DNA of 64,000 nucleotides from an uncultured Rikenellaceae bacterium (GTDB lineage: Bacteria; Bacteroidota; Bacteroidia; Bacteroidales; Tenuifilaceae): NCBI GenBank assembly GCA_964479665.1, contig CAYZNN010000007.1, positions 3,843-67,842 on the forward strand, read 5' to 3'. A program made the position numbers and the translations under genes. Each line of letters starts with the position of its first letter. Position 1 is the stretch's first letter. The notes beneath the pieces are model-generated. The model had not been told where the DNA came from. It did not search any database and was given only the letters and a program-made list of their open reading frames with translations. Shown here in pieces: positions 29,916-41,398 of the stretch.

Positions 29916-31807
29916 TTAAACTTTGAAATACGATGCTAAATCGCGAAGTTGTTCAGCTTGGCTGGCCATTTCCTCGGCATTGGTCTGCAGTTCTTCCGAA
30001 ACGGCAGCATTTTGCTGGGTTATGTCGTTCAACTGCTGAATGGTAGAGTTAACCTGTTCGGCACCGGTGCTTTGTTCCTTGCTTGCCGTAGTTATTTCCT
30101 GAATGAGCATGGTAGTTTTCTCTATCTGAGGAATTATATCACTCAGTAAATTACCCGATTCTTCGGTAAGCGAAACGCTGTCGCTAGCAATACGGTTAAT
30201 TTCGTCGGCAGCCAATTTGCTTCTTTCGGCCAGTTTTCGAACCTCAGCGGCAACCACAGCAAATCCCTTTCCATGCTCTCCGGCCCTTGCCGCTTCAACG
30301 GCTGCATTCAATGCCAGAATGTTGGTTTGGAAAGCAATGTCGTTTATTATCTGAACCTTTTCAGCAATAATTTTTATTGAATTCATGCTTTCAACCGAAG
30401 CATCCTTTACTTTTTTGGCGCTTTGGGCAACAATAAGGGCAATGCTGTCGGTTTCAATGGCATTCTGGGTGTTTTGCTCAATGTTGCTAACCATTTGCTC
30501 CATTGTTGCCGAAACCTCTTCGGTTGACGATGCCAATTCGCTGGCTCCCGACGAAAGTTTCTGGGAGGTTGCATTGATTTCCATACTCGAAGCTGCTATG
30601 CTCTGAATAGCTGCCTGAAGCTCCTCAACTATTTCCACCAATTTTTGGTTCATAGAACCTAGTGCTATTTGAAGTTTGCCAAATTCATCCTTCCTGTCAA
30701 TTTCAATTTGGTTTGAGAGCTCACCCGATGCAATTTGCTGAGCAAACTCAACAGCTTTATGAATGGGTTGTACAAAATTATTAGCTTGAAAATAAATTAG
30801 AAAACTTAGCACCACTAGCCCTAATAACCCAAGTAGCAATCCTCTAAAAAGTAATTTATTGGCTTGACTTAATGCCTCGTTTTTGGGAACCACAATGCAA
30901 AGCGACCAGGGAGTTAATGAGTTGCCAACTTGAATGGGCATAACAGATACAAGCACCTCCTGACCAAGTTGTTCTGATTTAAAAAATGAATTATCGGTTT
31001 TGCCCTGTTTAATAAGGCCCAATAAGCGTTCATTGGCAAAATCGTAAATTGAACCAAAGTTTTTTTCCAGATCGTTCAAATTTTTGCTTGCAGCAATTGT
31101 TCCATCGTTGGAAATGAGTACACCAAAACCCGATTCGTATATTTTCAGCTGACCTATTATTTGCGAAAGCTCTTTCAGGTCAATATCAACTCCTATAACC
31201 CCAAGGGATTTATTTCCTTCGACAACAGGAACAACAATGCTAGTTTCAAAAAATTGGTTATTCTCGTCATTAACATAAGAGTAATGGTATGGTTCCAGTA
31301 TAGCATCCTTTTGAGTGCTTGCAGCAATTGTGTAAAATGGTTCTGAGAACTGATCTGCCGAGGTTTGCTCTTCCTTTAAATTGTTGGCATCTTTGTAAAC
31401 TGTATAGTTAAAACGTCCCTGTTCATCGAATGGAAAGATTCCAGCATAACTTTCATCATTGCCATCGAGCGCATTGGGTTCCCACATAGACCAAACTGCT
31501 AAAAAAGCATCGTTGCCCATAAGCGTATGCCTAATCATTTGCTTGTAAAACTCGCGGTTGGTGTTACCATTTTTACGAAGTGCACTAAAACTGTATGTTA
31601 AATTTCGTGCCGATTCAAGAGGTTTTTCTAAATACAATCGAACTTGTGAAGCCGTTTCGCGCGATTTGCTTATGCTCATTTCCACGGCAAGTTCCGATGC
31701 GTTTTTACGGTGGTAAGGGTTATTACCAGAATGGTGGCTGTGAATATGGCTGCACCACCACCAAGAATGTTTATAAGCATCCTTGTTTTAAAACTATTCC
31801 ATTCCAT
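29916..31807 (-). pseudogene. Methyl-accepting chemotaxis-type protein (Cache sensor, HAMP, MCP signalling domain) with a 1-nt frameshift that detaches the N-terminal TM helix
   Basis: The main ORF 29916-31685 has Cache-like, TM and HAMP ([17 protein letters not shown]) regions and the MCP hairpin tip [40 protein letters not shown]. The expected N-terminus [43 protein letters not shown] lies in another frame (31807-31676). Confidence 0.7.
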
Positions 31808-31818
31808 GGGTCGTTTTT

Positions 31819-32532
31819 TTAGAGGGTTATGCTGAAAACCAAAAAAACTTTCTCGAGTGCAGGGTTTATGCTGAAACTTCCCTTTATGGGTAGCATATAA
31901 TTCTCAGTTATTTTAATTTCTTTCGAAACGGTTACACCGGTGTTTACAAATCCGAATTTGTTGTAATAGAAACCTTCAAAGGGCGTTATGCCTATAAATA
32001 AAATGGCTTTAGTGTCCTGAAATTCAAACGGATAGGCAGTTTCAATATATGTGGAGTAAACATTTTTATAGTCATCAGCCCTGTCGTTACCCCAAAACAT
32101 AACTGCTGCTGTAATTGCAATCGGAAATTTTTCGGGGCCATTCAAACTGAGAACTCCCTCGAGTATATGTGGTGTTTTTTTGCTCGAGAGTTCAAAATAA
32201 TCTCCAATAAAACCAACTGAATCGGATGGGGGATTGTAGTAATTGTTTAGTGTGAAAGTGGCAAAACGGGTTTCATATGATAGGAATAGGTCGACTTCCT
32301 GAAGAATCTCCCTGGAAAAGGTATAGGATGCCCATGTGCCAAATGTTATATTCTTGTAAGTTAAACTCAATGTTGGTTGAATTGCGGGCGATTCCGAAAG
32401 ATTAATGCCCCGCCATACGTATCGGCTAACAATATCGGCAGAAATATCCAAGTTTAAAGGGTTCTCCTCTTCTTGCCCCATGGCTGCAATGGCAACTGTA
32501 GCAAGTATAATTAGGCTGGCAATTCTTTTCAT
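31819..32532 (-). CDS. TorF-family (TIGR02001-like) putative porin
   Basis: Signal peptide MKRIASLIILATVAIAAMG/QE, then ISADIVSRYVWRGINLSESPAIQPTLSLTY..ITFGTWASY, which matches the family's SdYvfRGis...pa.Q pattern. Confidence 0.65.
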   Translation of the reverse strand: MKRIASLIILATVAIAAMGQEEENPLNLDISADIVSRYVWRGINLSESPAIQPTLSLTYKNITFGTWASYTFSREILQEVDLFLSYETRFATFTLNNYYNPPSDSVGFIGDYFELSSKKTPHILEGVLSLNGPEKFPIAITAAVMFWGNDRADDYKNVYSTYIETAYPFEFQDTKAILFIGITPFEGFYYNKFGFVNTGVTVSKEIKITENYMLPIKGSFSINPALEKVFLVFSITL

Positions 32533-32705
32533 AGGTTGTTTTTTTAATGGTAAAAGGTTTGTACCATAAACAATTGTCCAATAAAAATATGAACTTGCCT
32601 GAATTAGAGAACTGAATGATGCATTAATTTTTTCAATAATGATGTAAATCATTAGTGAAAAGTTTTTTGTTCAGTAAAAAGGACTGCTAAAGAGGGTTTA
32701 AATCA

Positions 32706-34202
32706 CTACCGAATTAGCATTTCAAAATCCACATCGAGGGGTTGGCCATTTACCAAATCGTAAAGCGTAAGCTTGCGCATGTTGTAATAGAATGTCCAAA
32801 AGTTTCGCATGGCTGCAATGTAGCGATCGCGGGCTGCATCGCGTTCGGTTTGTGCTACATTCAGATCGAGCACATCGATTTTTCCAATAAGGAACCGTTC
32901 TTTGGTTACATTGTAGCGGCTTTGAGCAATGCCATCGGCTTTAGTGGCCAGGAGAAGCTGGTCATCCTGCATGTTGAACTGCATTACCTTCAGGAACACA
33001 TCCTGCTCAAAGTCGATAACCGACTGTTCAATAGTGGTTCGAACCACTTCGCGGTTCGATTGGGCCATTTTAACACGACCACGCCCCAAGCCCCAGTCGA
33101 GTATTGGCATGGTTACCCCAATTCGTAAACCCTGCTGGTCCATGGGATGCCTGTATGCATCGGGAAGATCCGATGATTTTTGGGTGAGTCCGTACGATGC
33201 ATTCAGGTTCATTCGAAACCCTCTGTCGGCAAGGGCTTGTGCTACATTCATGTTAGCTTCGGCCAATCTACGTTCAAAATTCACCATTTGAGGGTTATTG
33301 GCTTTTGCCAAACCGAGTACATCCTGATATTTTAGTTCAATACGAGGAAAGTCGGCGGGAACAATCAGTTCAAGGTCGAACTGATCGTTTAATCCTAGGA
33401 ACGATTTCAAACGGAATTTCTTAAGTTGCAGGTCAACCTCGGCTTCGTTTACCGAACTACCTGCATTTAGGAAACTCAACTCCATTTGAAGCAGTTCATT
33501 TTCCGCTATAGTTCCAATATTGTAGCGCCCCTTAGCTATTTGGAATAGGGTATCGGTATTGGCAAAGTTTAGTTTTGACGTTTTTAGGTTTTGTTGAGCC
33601 AGTATTAGGTCGAAGAACAACCTAACGGCCTCGGCCGAAATGTTCTCCATCGACTCGAGATATGTTCTCTTGGCTTCAAGGTACTTAAGGGGCTCAACCC
33701 TTTTCTTCCATTTTAAACGGTTGAACCCAAAAATGGGTTGTTCAAATCCAATGCGAACAGGTTCCGACATGTATGTGGTGCCCTTCCGACTGAAATCGTC
33801 TACCCTTTCGAGGTTCGATTGGGCAAAAATTCTACCTCCTGTAAGGCCAATATTCTGATTGAGAGTAATGCCAACCGAAGTGCGATTTGTGTTTTCTTCA
33901 ACGTAACGGTAGCTCGAATCGACAGTTGAATAAACTTCGGTAAGCCTTCGGTTGAAATTGGGCAATGTGCCCGAAAACGATAAGCTTGGTAGGTACTCTG
34001 CCTCAAAGGTTCGGTGCTCCCAGTAGGCGGCCCTAAACTGATGTTTGGCTAACACCGACTGGGGCGAATTCTCCTTGGCCATAGTAATGACTTCGCTGAG
34101 AGATAGTTTGTTAACAAACACTTGTGCTGAACTTTTAGTGCTAATTAGCAAGCAAGCAGTAAATGCATGAATTATAAGCCTATTAAGCCTTGAGTGCCTC
34201 AT
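32706..34202 (-). CDS. TolC-family outer-membrane efflux protein
   Basis: 498 aa with signal peptide ...STKSSA/QV. It has the two-repeat architecture with coiled-coil segments and typical LSLSEVITMAKENSP and AQTERDAARDRYIAA segments. Confidence 0.85.
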   Translation of the reverse strand: MRHSRLNRLIIHAFTACLLISTKSSAQVFVNKLSLSEVITMAKENSPQSVLAKHQFRAAYWEHRTFEAEYLPSLSFSGTLPNFNRRLTEVYSTVDSSYRYVEENTNRTSVGITLNQNIGLTGGRIFAQSNLERVDDFSRKGTTYMSEPVRIGFEQPIFGFNRLKWKKRVEPLKYLEAKRTYLESMENISAEAVRLFFDLILAQQNLKTSKLNFANTDTLFQIAKGRYNIGTIAENELLQMELSFLNAGSSVNEAEVDLQLKKFRLKSFLGLNDQFDLELIVPADFPRIELKYQDVLGLAKANNPQMVNFERRLAEANMNVAQALADRGFRMNLNASYGLTQKSSDLPDAYRHPMDQQGLRIGVTMPILDWGLGRGRVKMAQSNREVVRTTIEQSVIDFEQDVFLKVMQFNMQDDQLLLATKADGIAQSRYNVTKERFLIGKIDVLDLNVAQTERDAARDRYIAAMRNFWTFYYNMRKLTLYDLVNGQPLDVDFEMLIR

Positions 34203-34273
34203 ATGTTGATTTTTTTAAGTTGCAATATTGTAACGCCGTTTTTTTAATTAATTGCAAAGTTTTCCATTCCTTA

Positions 34274-35407
34274 TTATTTTAACCAATCTTCGTGATTGAA
34301 AATATTAATTACCTCAAAAGTTGAATCGGGGTAGGTTTTTATCCACTGTGTGGGCGTTTTTTTGTTTTTTTCTTTCCATTTAAACTCGTAACCATACAGT
34401 TTTCCTTCCCTTTCCTCTACCCAATCAATCTCCTGTTGTTCGTAGGTTCGCCAAAAGTAATTGTTTGATGGTATTCGTTTGTACTCCTGGAATTTCAATC
34501 TCTCGCTAATCATGTAGTTTTCCCAAAGTTGGCCTACGTCGTTTCTGTATTCAATTGAGTTGAAATTTGCTATAACAGCATTCCGAATCCCATTGTCGAG
34601 AAAATACCACCTTGCATTTTTTGTAATCTCTTTGCGTAAGTTTCGGCTGAATCCTTCCACTCTGTGAAGTATGTAAACTTTGCTGAGCAAATCGAGATAC
34701 TTTTCAACCGTATTTTTACTAATGCTCAATTGCTTACCCAATTCCTGCATCGATACTTCACCGCCAATTTGGAATGCGATTAAACGAAGTAGATTGAAAA
34801 TTTTATGTGAGTTTTTTATGTTGTCGTATGCCAGAATATCTTTCAGCAAGTAAGAACTGACCATTTCATTTAAGTACTCAATCTTGTCATGCCTGTTTGG
34901 GAGTTGGAGTAATTCGGGGTAGTTACCAAATATTAACCTTTCTTTTACTTTATCTCTTTTCGATATTTTGTCTTCTATTTGATTATACTCCCTTTCAGAT
35001 AATGCGAATAGATTAAACGAATATTTTCTGCCGGTTAAAGGTTCTCCTGCTTCCTGTTTTATATTGAAAGACGAAGAGCCCGAAATGATTATTCGCAAGC
35101 CCTCAATTTCATCAATCATCAACTTTAGTTTGAGACCAATGTCTGGAATCTTTTGCGCTTCATCAATATATAATAACTTATAGGTTCCTAAAAGTTGCTT
35201 ATAGTTTTCAGCGGACCTTGTTGCAAGTTTGTCGTGTACATTTATGTCCTCGCCATTAAGAATTATTGAGGGTTCCCCAATTTTCTCCAATATTTTTTTT
35301 ACCAAAATGGTTTTACCTACCCTTCGGGCACCAAAAATTAAAACTACTTTGTTGGGTCGTAACTTTTCTATAACGCTATTCTCGAGTTCTCTTGCTAAGT
35401 ATTGCAT
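34274..35407 (-). CDS. AAA-family ATPase with a DUF4143-type C-terminal domain
   Basis: Walker A GARRVGKT, Walker B LLYIDEAQK, and a C-terminal ...FLDNGIRN... region typical of the ATPase(AAA_14)+DUF4143 family. Confidence 0.8.
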   Translation of the reverse strand: MQYLARELENSVIEKLRPNKVVLIFGARRVGKTILVKKILEKIGEPSIILNGEDINVHDKLATRSAENYKQLLGTYKLLYIDEAQKIPDIGLKLKLMIDEIEGLRIIISGSSSFNIKQEAGEPLTGRKYSFNLFALSEREYNQIEDKISKRDKVKERLIFGNYPELLQLPNRHDKIEYLNEMVSSYLLKDILAYDNIKNSHKIFNLLRLIAFQIGGEVSMQELGKQLSISKNTVEKYLDLLSKVYILHRVEGFSRNLRKEITKNARWYFLDNGIRNAVIANFNSIEYRNDVGQLWENYMISERLKFQEYKRIPSNNYFWRTYEQQEIDWVEEREGKLYGYEFKWKEKNKKTPTQWIKTYPDSTFEVINIFNHEDWLK

Positions 35408-35535
35408 AATACCGTCAGTTTAATGACGAAATTTACATTAATTCTGTCACTAAGTCAAGTGAATGGCACAAAATATTACACTTTCAGGGGTTTGATAAGT
35501 TGTTCCACTGAGAGTTTAAAACCTTTTTGAATAGA

Positions 35536-36840
35536 TTACTTCTGCCTAAAAAATATTTGCATGGGAACTCCGCAGAAATCGAAATGCTCGCGCAATTTAT
35601 TTTCTAAATATCTGCGATAGGGATCCTTAATGTACTGCGGCAAATTGCAGAAGAAAGCAAACGAAGGGGCATGGGTTGGTAGCTGAGTAGCATACTTTAT
35701 TTTAACCTGCTTACCTTTGAATGAGGGTGGAGCGTACATGCCAACAACCTCTTGGGTAAACTCGTTTAGTTTAGAGGTTGAAATTTTCCGCTTACGGTTC
35801 TCGTAAACTCGCATGGCTTCCTCGAGAATTTTATGAATGCGCTGCTTTGAAAGTGCCGATGCGAAAACAATGGGTACATCCTGAAAGGGTGCTAGCCTTT
35901 TTTTAATAAGTTCGGTATACTCCTTCGATGTTTTGGTTTCCTTTTCAACCAAATCCCACTTGTTAACAACCAGAACAACCCCTTTGCGGTTTTTAATAAT
36001 TAGATTGAAAATGTTCATGTCCTGCGCTTCGAGACCCAGGGTTGCATCTACCAGCATAAGGCATACGTCGGACGATTCGATGGAGCGAATGGAGCGAAGT
36101 ACGGAGTAGAACTCCAAATCTTCCGAAACCTTTGCTTTACGGCGTAAGCCGGCTGTGTCGATTATAAGGAAGTTGTGCCCAAACTTATTGTAATGGGTAT
36201 CAATGGAATCGCGCGTGGTGCCTGCAATGGGAGTTACAATATTTCTCTCTTCACCAATTAGGGCATTAATTAGCGACGACTTTCCAACATTAGGTCGACC
36301 AACAACTGCAATACGCGGAATGTCTAAGGTTTCTTCTTCCTCTTCGAGAGGAAAGGGTTTAACAAGTTCGTCGAGCAGATCGCCAGTGCCACTACCATTC
36401 ATAGAGGAAACGCAGAATGGGTCGCCAAGGCCTAGTTTGTAAAATTCGAAAGCATCCTGGTGTCGTTTGCTATTGTCAACCTTGTTTACAACCAGAATAA
36501 CTCGTTTTTGGCTACGCCGAAGGAGATTGGCTACTTCAATATCCATGTCGGTAATTCCATCCACAACATCAACAAGAAATAGGATGGCATCGGCCTCCTC
36601 AACGGCTAGGCTTACCTGTTTGCGAATTTCTTCCTCAAAAATATCCTCGGAGTTCACAATGTAACCTCCTGTATCGATTACCGAGAATTCCTTCCCGTTC
36701 CAATCGGATTTGCCATAAATTCTGTCGCGCGTAACACCCGCCACTTCGTCAACAATAGCCTGCTTTTTACCCACTAAGCGATTGAAAAGAGTCGATTTCC
36801 CCACGTTGGGCCTGCCAACTATTGCTACAATTCTTCCCAT
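35536..36840 (-). CDS. der: Ribosome biogenesis GTPase Der (EngA)
   Basis: Two tandem GTPase domains (GRPNVGKST...DTGG...NKVD and GRPNVGKSS...DTAG...NKWD) plus a KH-like C-terminus. Confidence 0.95.
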   Translation of the reverse strand: MGRIVAIVGRPNVGKSTLFNRLVGKKQAIVDEVAGVTRDRIYGKSDWNGKEFSVIDTGGYIVNSEDIFEEEIRKQVSLAVEEADAILFLVDVVDGITDMDIEVANLLRRSQKRVILVVNKVDNSKRHQDAFEFYKLGLGDPFCVSSMNGSGTGDLLDELVKPFPLEEEEETLDIPRIAVVGRPNVGKSSLINALIGEERNIVTPIAGTTRDSIDTHYNKFGHNFLIIDTAGLRRKAKVSEDLEFYSVLRSIRSIESSDVCLMLVDATLGLEAQDMNIFNLIIKNRKGVVLVVNKWDLVEKETKTSKEYTELIKKRLAPFQDVPIVFASALSKQRIHKILEEAMRVYENRKRKISTSKLNEFTQEVVGMYAPPSFKGKQVKIKYATQLPTHAPSFAFFCNLPQYIKDPYRRYLENKLREHFDFCGVPMQIFFRQK

Positions 36841-36851
36841 TTTTCGTTGTT

Positions 36852-37733
36852 TTACTGTAAATATCCAAATTTTTTAAGCTTCTTATCGTCGTTGCGCCAT
36901 TCGTTATCCACCTTCACATAAATTTCGAGGAATACTTTTTTCTCTAAAAATGCTTCCAGGTCCTTTCGTGCTTCCTGTCCCACCTTTTTAAGCATTTTGC
37001 CCTGATGGCCAATAATGATTCCTTTCTGCGTTTCGCGGGCAACATATATGATTGCCCTAATGCGGTCGATGGTTTTCTCCTCCTTGTACTCCTCAATGGC
37101 CACCTCAACCGAGTAGGGTATTTCCTTTTGGTAGTTGGTCAGAATTTTCTCGCGTATAATTTCCGATGCGAAAAAACGAAGCGTTTTGTCGGTTAGCGTT
37201 TCCTTTGGGAAATACTCGGGCCCCTCGGGAATTTTCCCAACGATTTTCTTCAGAAGAATATCGAGGTTAAAGCCGTGAAGCGCCGAGATAGGAATTATTT
37301 CGGCCTGCGGAATGCTATTGTGCCAAAGTTCAACCAGTTTTTCGAGCTTCTCCTGATTGGCCAAATCGATTTTGTTGACAACCACAAAAATTGGTATTTT
37401 CAAATTCGATAGTTTTTGTACGTACTCCTCGTTACGCAGGGGTGTTTCAACGGTATCGGTAACAAAAAGCACAATATCGGCATCCTCAAAGGCCGAAGAT
37501 ACAAATCGCATCATCGATTCCTGCAACTTGTAAGCAGGTTTTAGAATGCCCGGTGTGTCGGAGTAAATAATCTGAAAGTCGGGACTGTTTACTATCCCCA
37601 TTATTCTGTGCCGGGTGGTTTGCGCTTTACTTGTGATAATGGAAAGCTTCTCGCCCACCAATGCATTCATTATGGTCGATTTACCCACGTTGGGGTTCCC
37701 TACAATGCTTACAAATCCCGATTTATGGCTCAT
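36852..37733 (-). CDS. era: GTPase Era
   Basis: [17 protein letters not shown] and the C-terminal KH domain ([17 protein letters not shown]). Confidence 0.95.
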   Translation of the reverse strand: MSHKSGFVSIVGNPNVGKSTIMNALVGEKLSIITSKAQTTRHRIMGIVNSPDFQIIYSDTPGILKPAYKLQESMMRFVSSAFEDADIVLFVTDTVETPLRNEEYVQKLSNLKIPIFVVVNKIDLANQEKLEKLVELWHNSIPQAEIIPISALHGFNLDILLKKIVGKIPEGPEYFPKETLTDKTLRFFASEIIREKILTNYQKEIPYSVEVAIEEYKEEKTIDRIRAIIYVARETQKGIIIGHQGKMLKKVGQEARKDLEAFLEKKVFLEIYVKVDNEWRNDDKKLKKFGYLQ

Positions 37734-37739
37734 TTTAAA

Positions 37740-40364
37740 CTACTTTAGTGCTGCTAAGCGCTCCTCAATTACCTTTATCTTTTCCTCTGCATCGGCCTTC
37801 TTCTTGCGTTCAATGTCAACCACATTGGCTGGTGCGCTATTTACAAAACGCTCGTTGCCAAGTTTTTTCATTACGCTTTCGAGGAAACCCTGAGCGTACT
37901 TGAGTTCTTCGGTTAGGCGAGCAAACTCTTCGTCGTTGTTAACAAGACCCTGAAGCGGAACAAAAAACTCGTCGGATTTAACCATGAAACTTGCGCTACC
38001 CTCAACCTTTTCGGTTGTTGTGTGCAATTTACTCAATCCCGAAAGTTTTACAATAACGCTTTGGATGCCGTTGAGCGACTGCGCCGATGTTCTGGCGTAA
38101 AGTTCCAAACTTTGCTTATTGGGAATGTTCTTCTCCTGACGAATGGTGCGAACACCTGCAACCACCTCCTTCATTAAATCGAACTGCGCAATTAGCTCGG
38201 CATTGTAGGGCTTCGCCTTGGGCAATTGGGCCACCATAATGCTTTCGCCCTTTTTACGGGGCTCAATGAGCTGCCAAAGTTCCTCGGTAATAAAGGGCAT
38301 AAAGGGGTGAAGGAGGCGAAGCATTTTGTCGAAAATATCGAGAACCTCACGATGCGTTTTAGCATCGATTGGCGCTTGGTATGCGGGTTTTACAATTTCG
38401 AGTAGCCACGACGAGAATTCGTCCCAAAACAGTTTATAAACTGCCATCATGGCCTCCGAGAGGCGGTGCTTGTCGAAATGGTCGTTAATTTGCTCAATTA
38501 CGCGGCTTAACAGGTTGTTAAACCATTCGATTGCCCTTGCCGAATGCTCGGGTTGCGGTATGCTTTCATCTACATTCCAGCCTTTTACTAGGCGGAATGC
38601 ATTCCAAATTTTATTGCAGAAGTTGCGTCCCTGCTCGGGCAAGCTGTCGTCGTAAAGCACATCGTTGCCTGCAGGCGAGCAGAGCATCATGCCCATGCGC
38701 ATTCCGTCGGCACCAAATTGCTTCACCAAATCGAGCGGATCGGGACTGTTACCCAACGATTTGCTCATTTTGCGGCGCTGCGCATCGCGAACAATTCCTG
38801 TAAGGTAAACATCGTGGAATGGTTTTTCTCCAATGTACTCGTAGCCAGCAATAATCATACGGGCAACCCAGAAGAAAAGAATTTCGGGAGCCGTAACCAG
38901 AATATTGGTTGGGTAGTAGTACTTAATGTTTTCGTTACTGGGGTTGCGAATTCCATCGAAAACCGAAATGGGCCAAAGCCACGAACTGAACCATGTGTCG
39001 AGCACGTCCTCATCCTGCCTTAGTTGGGCAAGGGTCAGGTTAGCATTTCCGCTTTTCTGGCGAGCCAGCTCCAGCGCTTCAGTTTCGTTTTCGGCAACCA
39101 CATAACCACCCTCGGGTAAGTACCAAGCAGGAATTCGATGTCCCCACCAGAGCTGACGCGAAAGGCACCAGTCCTTCACGTTTTCCATCCAATGGCGATA
39201 GGTGTTGACAAACTTTGGCGGATGCAATTTAATGTCGCCATTCATAACCGAATCGAGGGCGGGTTTTGACAGATCCTTCATTTTAAGGAACCACTGCATC
39301 GAAAGCTTGGGTTCAATAACCGCTTCGGTGCGCTCGCTGTAACCAACCTTGTTTACGTAGTCCTCAATTTTCGCAACATTTCCGGCTGCTTCCAAATCTT
39401 TTACTATCACCTTCCGAACTTCGAAACGATCCATTCCAATGTAAAGTTGAGCAGCGGGGCTCATAGTGCCATCGTCGTTGAAAATATCAACGGCTTCGAG
39501 GTTGTGCTTTTCGCCCAGCATATAGTCGTTCACATCGTGCGAGGGTGTAACCTTTAGCGCACCTGTACCGAACTCCATATCAACATACTCGTCGAAAATA
39601 ATGGGAACGCTACGCTTAATAAGCGGAACAAAAACTCGTTTGCCCTTTAGGTTGGCGTATCGAGGGTCGTTGGGGTTAACGCAAACGGCGGTATCGCCCA
39701 GTATGGTTTCGGGACGAGTAGTGGCAATGGTTACAAAGCCATCCTCACCTTCGATAAAATACCTGAGGTAGTAAAGTTTACTCTGAACCTCGCGGTAAAT
39801 AACCTCCTCGTCCGACACGGCTGTTTTTGCCTGAGGATCCCAGTTAACCATTCGAACGCCTCGGTAAATATAACTCTTCTTGTGTAGGTCGATAAATACT
39901 TTGATAACACTTTCGCTCAGGCCCTTGTCCATTGTGAAAGCGGTACGCTCCCAGTCGCACGAAGCGCCAAGTTTTTTAAGCTGTTCAAGAATAATACCTC
40001 CGTGCTTCTCCTTCCATTCCCATGCATGTTCGAGAAACTGCTCGCGGGTAAGGGTGTTTTTGTCAATTCCTTCGGCCTTAAGTTTAGCAACAACCTTTGC
40101 CTCGGTGGCAATGGAGGCATGGTCGGTGCCGGGCACCCAGCAGGCATTTTTGCCAAGCATACGGGCACGACGGACTAGCACATCCTGAATGGTATTGTTT
40201 AGCATATGCCCCATGTGTAGCACTCCCGTAACGTTGGGGGGAGGGATTACAATGCAATAGGGCTCACGATTGTCGGGAGTGGAATGGAAAAAGCCATTCT
40301 CCATCCAGTACGAGTACCATTTGTCTTCAACCTCGGCAGGGTTGTAACGTGCAGGAATTTCCAT
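37740..40364 (-). CDS. valS: Valine--tRNA ligase
   Basis: [13 protein letters not shown] (HIGH motif), KMSKSLGN (KMSKS motif), a class Ia editing domain, and a C-terminal coiled coil. Confidence 0.97.
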   Translation of the reverse strand: MEIPARYNPAEVEDKWYSYWMENGFFHSTPDNREPYCIVIPPPNVTGVLHMGHMLNNTIQDVLVRRARMLGKNACWVPGTDHASIATEAKVVAKLKAEGIDKNTLTREQFLEHAWEWKEKHGGIILEQLKKLGASCDWERTAFTMDKGLSESVIKVFIDLHKKSYIYRGVRMVNWDPQAKTAVSDEEVIYREVQSKLYYLRYFIEGEDGFVTIATTRPETILGDTAVCVNPNDPRYANLKGKRVFVPLIKRSVPIIFDEYVDMEFGTGALKVTPSHDVNDYMLGEKHNLEAVDIFNDDGTMSPAAQLYIGMDRFEVRKVIVKDLEAAGNVAKIEDYVNKVGYSERTEAVIEPKLSMQWFLKMKDLSKPALDSVMNGDIKLHPPKFVNTYRHWMENVKDWCLSRQLWWGHRIPAWYLPEGGYVVAENETEALELARQKSGNANLTLAQLRQDEDVLDTWFSSWLWPISVFDGIRNPSNENIKYYYPTNILVTAPEILFFWVARMIIAGYEYIGEKPFHDVYLTGIVRDAQRRKMSKSLGNSPDPLDLVKQFGADGMRMGMMLCSPAGNDVLYDDSLPEQGRNFCNKIWNAFRLVKGWNVDESIPQPEHSARAIEWFNNLLSRVIEQINDHFDKHRLSEAMMAVYKLFWDEFSSWLLEIVKPAYQAPIDAKTHREVLDIFDKMLRLLHPFMPFITEELWQLIEPRKKGESIMVAQLPKAKPYNAELIAQFDLMKEVVAGVRTIRQEKNIPNKQSLELYARTSAQSLNGIQSVIVKLSGLSKLHTTTEKVEGSASFMVKSDEFFVPLQGLVNNDEEFARLTEELKYAQGFLESVMKKLGNERFVNSAPANVVDIERKKKADAEEKIKVIEERLAALK

Positions 40365-40436
40365 ATAAACAATTAAGAATTACGTTTTTAAACAGAACGG
40401 CAAAAGTAACAAAAAAAGGGGGATTTTTAACTCATA

Positions 40437-40464
40437 CTTAAAAGAAAATGGCCTTAATTGGCCA
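40437..40464 (-). terminator. Weak candidate terminator after the 40524-41351 gene
   Basis: Stem atggcc (40447-40452) pairs with ggccat (40459-40464). On the minus strand it is followed by TTTCTTTAAG. Confidence 0.35.
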
Positions 40465-40523
40465 TCCATTCTTTAAACTAAAGAGAATTTTAATGAATTA
40501 GTTGCACAGCTATGCAAGTTGAT

Positions 40524-41351
40524 TTACTTGTCGATTAAATGCCAAACGTACTCTTTTCGGTCTTTGCCCTCAATAGGCATGGCAATAACCACTTTGGGTT
40601 GCCGATTCAGTTTCTTTGGGCTAATAACTTGAATGCCATAGGTGTCGTTAATGTGAAGAAAGCGTTCGGCAAGGGTAATGGAGTCGACTAAAACCGATTG
40701 CTTCGGTTTTAGAATGAAACCGTTGTATGCTTTTAAAGTTGCCCATTGCCCCCCAAGGGGCACAAGGTTAACAACAACCTTTTTGCGGGTATTATTGGTC
40801 AGACGAAAAACAGTAAGGTAGGGGATAGCGCATTGTTCCACAGTTTGCTTGGGTAAGGGAGGAAGAGTTGGCTCTTTGTGTTCGGGTTGATATTGGGGAT
40901 CGATAATTACTCGCAATACTGGCCGGCCATCGGGTCGGCTGTAATCTTCGTAGGAGGTCTGGTTTCCATTTTCGTCGAAACCTTGAATGGTATGATAGAA
41001 CTGAATTCCCCCATCGGGAGCTGAACGATACTCAACCCTACTAACCTGTCCGTTAGGGTGGTACCTTAGCGAAACCGATGCATGGCCAGCAACCCTTCGC
41101 AGCTGATGGTTAGCAATAATTTTGCCCTGTGCGTCGAAGCAGGTCATGCGACCCCAGTAGCGGTTCTTGTCCCAACTTTCTACGGAAGATGGTTTTTTGT
41201 TGGCATGTAGGCATGTTGTTATAGTACTGTCGTTGCGTTCTGTGGTTTTACAATTGAGTTGAGCATGCGTAGTTGGGTTGATGAAAAGGAGCAACGCCAG
41301 TAAGGTTGTTAAGAATAGAAGATTGTATGGAATTGTTCTCAAGGGTTGCAT
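40524..41351 (-). CDS. Exported hypothetical protein
   Basis: Signal peptide MQPLRTIPYNLLFLTTLLALLLFINPTTHA/QL. No confident family assignment. There is a faint YwqK/MORN-like repeat (LRYHPNGQVSRVEY). Confidence 0.45.
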   Translation of the reverse strand: MQPLRTIPYNLLFLTTLLALLLFINPTTHAQLNCKTTERNDSTITTCLHANKKPSSVESWDKNRYWGRMTCFDAQGKIIANHQLRRVAGHASVSLRYHPNGQVSRVEYRSAPDGGIQFYHTIQGFDENGNQTSYEDYSRPDGRPVLRVIIDPQYQPEHKEPTLPPLPKQTVEQCAIPYLTVFRLTNNTRKKVVVNLVPLGGQWATLKAYNGFILKPKQSVLVDSITLAERFLHINDTYGIQVISPKKLNRQPKVVIAMPIEGKDRKEYVWHLIDK

Positions 41352-41398
41352 TTTTTTGAGGTTTTGCATAGGCAAATCCAGTGCCAAAATATGAGCGG

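Noticed and set aside
31676-31700. Programmed ribosomal frameshift in the MCP gene
   Set aside because: I saw no slippery heptamer or downstream structure at the frame junction. A simple 1-nt indel explains the pattern.
32742-33291. 128-aa and 120-aa plus-strand ORFs antisense to the TolC-family gene
   Set aside because: They are shadow ORFs within a well-supported 498-aa gene, with low-complexity Arg/Ser/Cys-rich translations.
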